Below, one piece after another: positions 25,633-32,334 of a stretch of 32,334 nucleotides of DNA. The stretch lies in IMG/VR virus record IMGVR_UViG_3300030372_000534, positions 1 to 32,334 of that record, one strand, 5' to 3'. The position numbers and the translations under genes are program-made. Position 1 is the first letter of the stretch, and each line of letters starts with the position of its first letter. The notes beneath the pieces were generated by a model, which was given only the letters and a program-made list of their open reading frames with translations, had not been told where the DNA came from and did no database searches. The stretch comes from a virus (taxonomy: Duplodnaviria; Caudoviricetes).

Positions 25633-26517
25633 ATGGCTAATTATTATGGATTTACTGGTGATGTTACTCAGAAATCTGATGTTGATGTCTTTGTGCCTGA
25701 ACTTTGGGCAGATGGAGTCTATAGGTATTTTGAGAAACAACTAGTATTAAAACCATTCTTTGACGATTACTCAAGCCTGGTTCAAGGCAGAGGCGATGTA
25801 TTACATATTCCTACTGTGCAAGAAGTGGCAAGTGCTGATAAATCTGCTAACACATCAGTAGAATACACAGCAAATGTTGAAACAGACATAGACCTAGCAA
25901 TTGACCAACACAAATACGCTGCAAAGTTATTTGAAGATATTGCTATGGTTCAGTCAAATGAACAGCTTTTTGATAAGTATGCTCAATCTATGGCGTATGC
26001 TCTTGCTAAAGCAGTTGACACTAAAATTGAAGCCTTGCTTCAGACTTTAGGAACAACTCAGACATTAGCAGCAGACAACAGTATGTCTAACGCAGATGTA
26101 GAAACGGCCCTTGGAACATTAATGGCAAATGATATTCCAGCTGATGAATGTGCATTCTTCGTGAATCCACTTATTTATGCTGACTTGCTAAACTCTAAAG
26201 CATTTGTAACTAATAACTCAGGCGCTGGAGTTGGTTTTGGTAATGATAATGCTGTTATGCAAACTGGTCAAGTTGGAAACCTATTTGGTATCCCAGTTTT
26301 TACAAGCTCTTTAATTCCTACTACAACAAGTACAGGAATCGAGGCAGCTTACTTGGTGCATAAATCTGCAATCGCAGTAGCTGTACAGCAGGACATTCGT
26401 GTTCAGTCAGATTATGACGTGTCTTATCTCGGCACTAAAGTGGTCGCTGACATTATCTACGGAGCAGTAATCACTACTTCAAACCATGTTAAAGGAATTG
26501 AGTTTCTTAATCCTTAA
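25633..26517 (+). CDS. Major capsid protein (HK97 fold)
   Basis: AAGGAG RBS; FVPELWA, GDVLHIP, LAIDQHKY, MAYALAKAVD, GQVGNLFGIPVFTS, DIIYG. Confidence 0.92.
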   Translation: MANYYGFTGDVTQKSDVDVFVPELWADGVYRYFEKQLVLKPFFDDYSSLVQGRGDVLHIPTVQEVASADKSANTSVEYTANVETDIDLAIDQHKYAAKLFEDIAMVQSNEQLFDKYAQSMAYALAKAVDTKIEALLQTLGTTQTLAADNSMSNADVETALGTLMANDIPADECAFFVNPLIYADLLNSKAFVTNNSGAGVGFGNDNAVMQTGQVGNLFGIPVFTSSLIPTTTSTGIEAAYLVHKSAIAVAVQQDIRVQSDYDVSYLGTKVVADIIYGAVITTSNHVKGIEFLNP

Positions 26518-26533
26518 ACCTTAGTGATAATTT

Positions 26534-26560
26534 TGGGGGTAGATTATTCTGCCCCCATTA
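26534..26560 (+). terminator. Hairpin after the capsid gene (weak terminator or stabiliser)
   Basis: TGGGGGTAGA-TTAT-TCTGCCCCCA with a poor U-tract. Confidence 0.6.
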
Positions 26561-26575
26561 TTGAAAGGAAGATTT

Positions 26576-26740
26576 ATGATAATATTAAAGAAAGGTAATC
26601 ATTATGAACATACCACAGATGGCTCTAAAGCCTCTAAAATGGTGGCAAATGGTTACGAAGTGGTAAAAGGCAAGGGTTTACTAACCCCAGAAAAAAAACA
26701 ACTAAAACCAAAGAAAAAGCTATTTAAAAAGAAAAAGTAA
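26576..26740 (+). CDS. 54-aa protein with Lys-rich tail (not in track)
   Basis: AAGGA RBS; MIILKKGNHYEH...KPKKKLFKKKK. Confidence 0.65.
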   Translation: MIILKKGNHYEHTTDGSKASKMVANGYEVVKGKGLLTPEKKQLKPKKKLFKKKK

Positions 26741-26795
26741 TTTTATTAAAGGCTCGTTCATGGTTTACCATTAACCTTAGAGATTAGGAGAATCA

Positions 26796-27083
26796 ATGGC
26801 AACTTCAAATTTACATCATTACACTACCCAAGAAGCACAGAACCGACTAGGTGGAGGTGGCTATGATTATGTCACTAACGCAACGGTCAATTCCCATACT
26901 TATGTAGCAATTCAGGCACTTTCTGTTGATTGTGTTATTACAGCAGCTACTTCTGTAGATACAGATATATGGGACACGCTTTCATCAGTTACATTACTAG
27001 CAGGGCAAACCATTTATGGGGAGTGGTCATCTGTTCAAATAGCTAGTGGTGATTTTGCAATCGTATATAGGAAATCAAGCTAA
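26796..27083 (+). CDS. Small beta-rich virion protein (decoration or fibre-base candidate)
   Basis: AGGAG RBS; S/T/A-rich; TLLAGQTIYGEWSSV; post-capsid position. Confidence 0.55.
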   Translation: MATSNLHHYTTQEAQNRLGGGGYDYVTNATVNSHTYVAIQALSVDCVITAATSVDTDIWDTLSSVTLLAGQTIYGEWSSVQIASGDFAIVYRKSS

Positions 27084-27427
27084 TGAGTAAACTACATAAA
27101 AGATCAGTTCAAGAAGCCTTAAATGCAACAGTAGGCGGTGAATGGACAGTCAATTCAGCTGGTACGGCAGGCTCAAGTGCAAGTACAGGAAATACAACTC
27201 ATTTAGCATTAGCAACTATGACATCTACATTAGGAGTATATTCAGCAGTAGAGATTTATTTTAATTTTTCTACTACCACTACAGATGTTACAGCAGCAAA
27301 TGACCTAGTGATTCCAAAAAACACTTTAACATTTCTAACTGTTCCGAGAGGGTTGGGTAATACGGTTTATTTCAATTACAATTCTACTAGCACCACAACT
27401 GGTGCAGTAAAGACTGTGGAGATATAA
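27083..27427 (+). CDS. Small beta-rich virion protein, N-terminus paralogous to 26796
   Basis: SKLHKRSVQEALN versus SNLHHYTTQEAQN; TAATG coupling on both sides. Confidence 0.55.
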   Translation: MSKLHKRSVQEALNATVGGEWTVNSAGTAGSSASTGNTTHLALATMTSTLGVYSAVEIYFNFSTTTTDVTAANDLVIPKNTLTFLTVPRGLGNTVYFNYNSTSTTTGAVKTVEI

Positions 27428-30400
27428 TGCAGAGTTCAATGTTAAAAGCTATTACTGAGGACTTCGGTAATGGGGGTACAATAGATGGCGACCTAACTAT
27501 ATCGGGAGATTTAACTGTAAGTGGTGGTGGCTCATTATCCTTTGATGAGATATTAGAAGGAACTCAGGTAATAGATGTAACTAGTACAGAAGCATTCCTT
27601 GTGCGCAAGAACTCCGATGGTGGTGACATATTTACAGTAGATACAACTAATTCACAAATAACTATCGGTGGCTCTGCTGATGAAAAATTAATGCTGAAGA
27701 GTTCAAACAACCCATATATAAGATTTTATGAAAGCACATCAGCAAAAGCGTATATACAATGGCACTCTGATGGATATATGCAACTTGAAAATAGTGAAAC
27801 AGGAACTACGCTTAGATTAGCAGACTCAGTAACAATATCAGATGCAAGTTCAGGTTCTCCTAAATTAATTCTTTATAATTCAAATACAGGAAGCAGTCAA
27901 TCAAGTCACCTTGATTTTCAACAAGCAAGCACCAGCCAAGCAGATGACCAGCAATTAGGATATATTTCATTTAGTGGATATAGAGACAATGATAGCAGTA
28001 TAGAAACAATGGTTTCAATGGCGGCTTTTATGTCTGATATAACTACAGCCGATTCTGCTGGTGAATTTAGATTGCAAGTACATATAGATAATAGTGCATC
28101 TAATGTATTGAATATTAATGGATTTGATGGTGGTGTAGGGCAAGGCAGTATAGTATTTAATGAGGATTCAAAAGATTTTGATTTCAGAGTAGAATCAGAT
28201 AACAATGCTAATGCTTTTTTCATTGAAGGTAGTTCAGGCAATGTCGGGATTGGTACGGCTTCTCCAGACTATCCTCTACACATTCACGGAGCATCAGATG
28301 GTGTTGGTTATGTCAAAATATCAGATTCTAATACAGGCGAAGGTGCAACAGATGGAGCAAGGATTGGATTTAATAGTGGAGTAATGAGAATCCAAAACTT
28401 TGAAAGCTCTAATATGGAGTTTTATGTACACAACACTACAAAGCCTTTAGTTTTAGATTCTAACTCCCGAATCTCACTAAGTAATAATGATAGTGGCGCT
28501 GGCAATACTATCTTTGGTTATTTAGCAGGTGCGAATATTGCTGGTGGTGGAAATTCCAATTTATTGATAGGATACGAAGCGGGGAACGATTTAACAACTG
28601 CTGATGGCAATGTTGTTCTTGGGTATCAAGCATTTAACCGAGCAACAGATGACTGCGACCAGAATGTTGTAGTTGGTAATTATTCAATGGGTGGAAACAT
28701 TACAAGTAATGATGTAAGTGATTGTGTTGCTTTAGGTTATAATGTTATGTCTGGTGTATTAACAAGCACCGCAAGCGGCACGGTTGGTATCGGTTCAGGG
28801 GTTTTAGCCGCATTAACATCAGGGGCTAAAAATATCGGAATCGGAAAAAGTGCTTCTGCTTCTCTTACAGCAGGAAATTCTAATATCGCAATCGGATACG
28901 AAGCATTTGATGGGGCGGCTACTGGCGAAACAGGGAATATTGCTATAGGTCAAGATGCAATGAGTTCTGCCGTTGAAGGAGCAAGTGGAACAGTAGATGA
29001 TAATATAGCGATTGGAAGTAATGCTATATATGGTGGCACAATGAGTAGTACCAACGCATTAAAAGAAAATATTGCGATTGGTAAAAATGCTATGAGTGGT
29101 ACAGGAACCAACCCTCAAACTGGTACAATAGCGATTGGACATAAAGCTCTTGAAGCATTAACATCTGGAGCTGGGAATGTGGCAGTAGGAATGAATACAT
29201 TATTAGTTAATACTACTGGATATTATAATACCGCTATTGGCTATGAAACTTTAAAAGCGTGTGTAGGTGGAGCGGCAAATACAGCCCTAGGGTATCAATC
29301 TCTTATAGCCACTACTGGAAATAATAATACATCAATAGGCTATAGGTCTCTTTATTCAAACGTTGGCGGTTCAACAAACACAGCAATCGGTCAAGAGTCT
29401 TTATATACTAATGTAAGCACTAATAACAATACTGCTATAGGTTATCATTCTGGGTATACTACTACAGGAGAAGATAATACTTATTTAGGATATTCGGCTG
29501 GTAAAGGAGCAAGTGGTGCAGAAACTAAGAATGTTGGGGTAGGTAAAAATGCCTTATTAGATGTCACAACAGGAAGTTATAATGCAGTTCTTGGTCAGAG
29601 TGCAGGGGAGAATATAACAGATGGACATAATAACGTAGCTATTGGAAATGATGCCCTAAGAACATCCACAAGTGTAGGATATGCAATAGCTATTGGAGAA
29701 TCGGCTGTAGCTAATGGAAATGTAACTGATGATGCTGATGGCACGATTGGTATTGGAAAAGGTGCATTATACGCTTTGACATCTGGAGCTGGTAACACGG
29801 CAGTTGGATACCAATGTTTAGATGCAACTGATGATGGAGCATACAATACAGCAGTAGGATACAATGCTTTATCTGCTAATTGTGGAAATTATAATACATC
29901 TATGGGTGTCCAATCATTAGAAGCCACAACAGGCTCTGCTAATACATCTGTAGGATTTCAAAGCGGTCAATCGTTAGTTGGCGGTACAGGCAATACATCA
30001 CTTGGTTCTGATGCTTTAAGAAATGCTGGAGCATCAGAAAGTTTTAATGTAGCGATTGGCTACCAAGCAATGAGAGTGATGGATGAGGGTAGTAGTGGTA
30101 ATGTAAATAATAACATTGCGATTGGCTACACAGCCCTTTATGGAGCAGACATAGGTACAGCAAGTACAAATGTATTGGATAATATAGCCATTGGGAATGC
30201 GGCTCTTTATTCTACTGCCGCTAATGCTCAAACAGGCACAATCGCCATAGGTTCATCTGCCCTCACAGCATTGACAACTGGAGCTGGTAATGTGGCACTT
30301 GGATTTGAATCTCAGAAAGCAAATACGACAGGAGATTACAACACCGCTATAGGGCATCAGTCCATGTTAGTTCACGATGGTGGGTTACGCAATGTTGCTA

Positions 30401-31890
30401 TTGGTGCATTTTCAATGGATGATACCGATGCTGGTTCAGTATCTAAAGCATCTGATGATTGTGTCTTTATAGGATACAATTCTGGTGGCGGTACTTGGGC
30501 AAATCAAGACTGTAGTAATATAGTTGCAATAGGTTCTGGTACATTAACTGGAGCATTAGCTGGTAATGGCGCAGATGGTACTGTTGCAATAGGAAAAGAA
30601 GCTCTGACTGCTTTGACATCTGGTACGGGTCAAACTGCTATAGGATGGGAATCTGGAAAAAATGTTACAACTGGAGATTATAATACAGCTCTTGGATATA
30701 ATACATTAGGCGGAAACTCAAGTACAGCATTAACTGGTGACCGAAATACTGTAATAGGTGCAAGTGCTGGTAGAGATATGGAAGGAGCATCTACAGGCAA
30801 TACTCTTGTCGGGGATAGTAGCGGAATAGCTCTTACGACAGGAAATTATAATACCGCAGTAGGCTATCAAGCTGGTGATTCCATTACAGACGGAAATTCT
30901 AATGTCTTAGTGGGTCGAGGTACTGGTGTTGCTATGACTTCTCAGGATGAGATGGTATTGATAGGTAATGATGCTGGAGCGGCAATTAATAATGATGCGG
31001 CTGATGGAACGATTTGTATAGGATATAATTCTGGAGCATCAATCACTTCAGGCGCAGGGAATACCGCTGTTGGATACCAATGTTTAGATGGGACTGATGA
31101 TGGAGGACTTAATACTGCCGTTGGCTATCAATCCTTATCTGCAAATTGCGGCAATGCGAATACTGCAATAGGATATAAGGCTGGTGCAAATGTAACTGGA
31201 ACAACAAATACGATTATCGGGCATCAGGCTGGATTTGACACAGTTGCCTTAACAAGTGGTACTAATAATGTAATAATTGGAGATAACGCAAGAACATCTG
31301 CCGCTGACTCTACAAATCAAGTTGTCATTGGTAGAGATACACAAGGACAAGCAAATAACTCAGTAACACTTGGTAATGCATCTGTAACTAAAGTATATTG
31401 CAGCCAAGGGGCTGATGCAAAAGTATATCTTGGCAATATAGAATTTACATCAGACGATGCAAGTGGAAATGCAAACACATTAGACGACTATGAAGAAGGC
31501 GATTGGACACCAGTATTAGCAGATGTTTCTGGAAATACTGCTACTATGGCTGGTACTACTGCTGGTGCTTATGTAAAAATAGGTAGACAGGTAACTCTAA
31601 CAGCAAGATTGACATGCTCAAGTTTAGGAAGTTGTAGTGGCAATATGAAAATAACTGGATTGCCATTTACTGTTGGAAATCATAATAAGTTTTATAATAG
31701 CGTATCTATTGGTTATGGTGAAAGTTTAGCTATTCCAGATGATACAAGTATATCTGGTTATGGTGGGCAAAATACAACTACAATCGTTTTATGGAATTGG
31801 GATGATGCCGCTGGTGGTACTGCTTTACAACATTCAGAAATTACAGCAGATGGTACTTTTTTTATAACAACAACATATTTTATAGATTAA
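27427..31890 (+). CDS. Long fibre/adhesin (1487 aa) with YadA-head-like NxAxG repeats
   Basis: N-terminal GGTIDGDLTISGDL and GNVGIGTASP fibre motifs; dozens of ~14-aa N[TIV]A[IV]G repeats; C-terminal NTLDDYEEGDWTP...YVKIGRQV...ITGLPF tip domain. Confidence 0.85.
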   Translation: MQSSMLKAITEDFGNGGTIDGDLTISGDLTVSGGGSLSFDEILEGTQVIDVTSTEAFLVRKNSDGGDIFTVDTTNSQITIGGSADEKLMLKSSNNPYIRFYESTSAKAYIQWHSDGYMQLENSETGTTLRLADSVTISDASSGSPKLILYNSNTGSSQSSHLDFQQASTSQADDQQLGYISFSGYRDNDSSIETMVSMAAFMSDITTADSAGEFRLQVHIDNSASNVLNINGFDGGVGQGSIVFNEDSKDFDFRVESDNNANAFFIEGSSGNVGIGTASPDYPLHIHGASDGVGYVKISDSNTGEGATDGARIGFNSGVMRIQNFESSNMEFYVHNTTKPLVLDSNSRISLSNNDSGAGNTIFGYLAGANIAGGGNSNLLIGYEAGNDLTTADGNVVLGYQAFNRATDDCDQNVVVGNYSMGGNITSNDVSDCVALGYNVMSGVLTSTASGTVGIGSGVLAALTSGAKNIGIGKSASASLTAGNSNIAIGYEAFDGAATGETGNIAIGQDAMSSAVEGASGTVDDNIAIGSNAIYGGTMSSTNALKENIAIGKNAMSGTGTNPQTGTIAIGHKALEALTSGAGNVAVGMNTLLVNTTGYYNTAIGYETLKACVGGAANTALGYQSLIATTGNNNTSIGYRSLYSNVGGSTNTAIGQESLYTNVSTNNNTAIGYHSGYTTTGEDNTYLGYSAGKGASGAETKNVGVGKNALLDVTTGSYNAVLGQSAGENITDGHNNVAIGNDALRTSTSVGYAIAIGESAVANGNVTDDADGTIGIGKGALYALTSGAGNTAVGYQCLDATDDGAYNTAVGYNALSANCGNYNTSMGVQSLEATTGSANTSVGFQSGQSLVGGTGNTSLGSDALRNAGASESFNVAIGYQAMRVMDEGSSGNVNNNIAIGYTALYGADIGTASTNVLDNIAIGNAALYSTAANAQTGTIAIGSSALTALTTGAGNVALGFESQKANTTGDYNTAIGHQSMLVHDGGLRNVAIGAFSMDDTDAGSVSKASDDCVFIGYNSGGGTWANQDCSNIVAIGSGTLTGALAGNGADGTVAIGKEALTALTSGTGQTAIGWESGKNVTTGDYNTALGYNTLGGNSSTALTGDRNTVIGASAGRDMEGASTGNTLVGDSSGIALTTGNYNTAVGYQAGDSITDGNSNVLVGRGTGVAMTSQDEMVLIGNDAGAAINNDAADGTICIGYNSGASITSGAGNTAVGYQCLDGTDDGGLNTAVGYQSLSANCGNANTAIGYKAGANVTGTTNTIIGHQAGFDTVALTSGTNNVIIGDNARTSAADSTNQVVIGRDTQGQANNSVTLGNASVTKVYCSQGADAKVYLGNIEFTSDDASGNANTLDDYEEGDWTPVLADVSGNTATMAGTTAGAYVKIGRQVTLTARLTCSSLGSCSGNMKITGLPFTVGNHNKFYNSVSIGYGESLAIPDDTSISGYGGQNTTTIVLWNWDDAAGGTALQHSEITADGTFFITTTYFID

Positions 31891-31937
31891 AAATATTTGT
31901 ATAATGGATATTATACTGGAACTAACAAGGAGTTAAA

Positions 31938-32174
31938 ATGGCTTTAGAAAAGAAAGTAACATACGATTATGAGGTTCGTGGAGAATATAAATGTATTCAA
32001 CAACGGACAAGAACTGCGATTGTAGAAGATGGTGAAGAAATATCATTTTCTTACCATAGAACATCATTTATGCCAGATGCAGATGTAAGTGGTGAATCTG
32101 ATGAGGTAAAAGCATTAGCTGATACACTATGGACAGATGCAGTTAAAAAAGCGTATGAAGATAGCAAAAAATAA
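31938..32174 (+). CDS. Fibre-associated small protein (possible chaperone)
   Basis: AAGGAG RBS; directly after the fibre; SYHR...DVSGE..EVKALADTLWT. Confidence 0.6.
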   Translation: MALEKKVTYDYEVRGEYKCIQQRTRTAIVEDGEEISFSYHRTSFMPDADVSGESDEVKALADTLWTDAVKKAYEDSKK

Positions 32175-32196
32175 TTAATTAATAAGGAGTCACGAA

Positions 32197-32334
32197 ATGG
32201 CTAAAGACAAAAAAGAAAAGCCAGTCTTGAATCTTGATGACAAAGAGTATGTAATCGAAGATATGACTGACGAACAGAAGATGATGGTAAATCACATTAA
32301 TGATTTGCAAAACAAGCAGAATACTAATGCTTTT
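32197..32334 (+). CDS. 5' part of the junction-spanning 77-aa protein (MAKDKKEKPVLNLDDKEYVIEDM...)
   Basis: AAGGAG RBS; open to the window end and continuing through the repeat to 175. Confidence 0.85.
   Translation, partial: MAKDKKEKPVLNLDDKEYVIEDMTDEQKMMVNHINDLQNKQNTNAF
32256..32334. repeat. Direct terminal repeat, right copy (79 bp)
   Basis: Identical to 1-79. Confidence 0.97.

Noticed and set aside
1006-30231. All minus-strand ORFs in the track (e.g. 1006-1269, 8075-8383, 8582-8929, 14955-15179, 25183-25593, 27918-28241)
   Set aside because: They are antisense shadows of well-supported + strand genes, with no motifs or minus-strand expression signals
27427-31890. Diversity-generating retroelement or invertible cassette acting on the fibre
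   Set aside because: No reverse transcriptase or recombinase gene, no non-coding template repeat, and the repeat differences are not adenine-specific
1-32334. CRISPR array, tRNA genes or a recoded genetic code
   Set aside because: No regular repeat-spacer pattern or cloverleaf seen in the short intergenic gaps; genes tile densely under code 11 with TAA, TGA and TAG all used as stops

Overview
This window appears to be a complete, circularly assembled, AT-rich tailed dsDNA phage genome (Caudoviricetes, siphovirus-like). Bases 1-79 are repeated exactly at 32256-32334, giving a unit length of 32,255 bp, and one gene runs through the junction. Every credible gene is on the + strand. Order around the circle: early/replication operon behind a sigma70-like promoter (12.6-19.4 kb: small unknowns, wHTH protein, SSB-like protein, NinG/HNH-like nuclease, replication initiator, C5 DNA methyltransferase); a two-gene moron-like cassette with its own promoter (19.45-20.5 kb); terS-terL-portal-head morphogenesis-scaffold-major capsid (20.6-26.5 kb); two paralogous small proteins and a 1487-aa repeat-rich fibre (26.8-32.2 kb); lysis/membrane cluster and a Zn-ribbon metallophosphoesterase (0.2-3.9 kb); then neck, tail terminator, tail tube, frameshifted tail chaperones, tape measure and tail-tip proteins (4.0-12.4 kb). 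I see no integrase, CI-like repressor, polymerase, tRNA, reverse transcriptase or CRISPR array. The most interesting signal is non-coding. A structured GC-rich element at about 12454-12521 exposes two single-stranded segments complementary to a GAATAA-N11/12-GGRGTT leader motif found in front of three early genes (12630, 19515, 19859). This makes it a candidate bipartite antisense RNA controlling early translation. ACCCTT boxes, phased at 11 bp, are shared by both early promoters and the replication-initiator gene. Product calls rest on motifs and synteny only, counts are by eye, and no database search was run.
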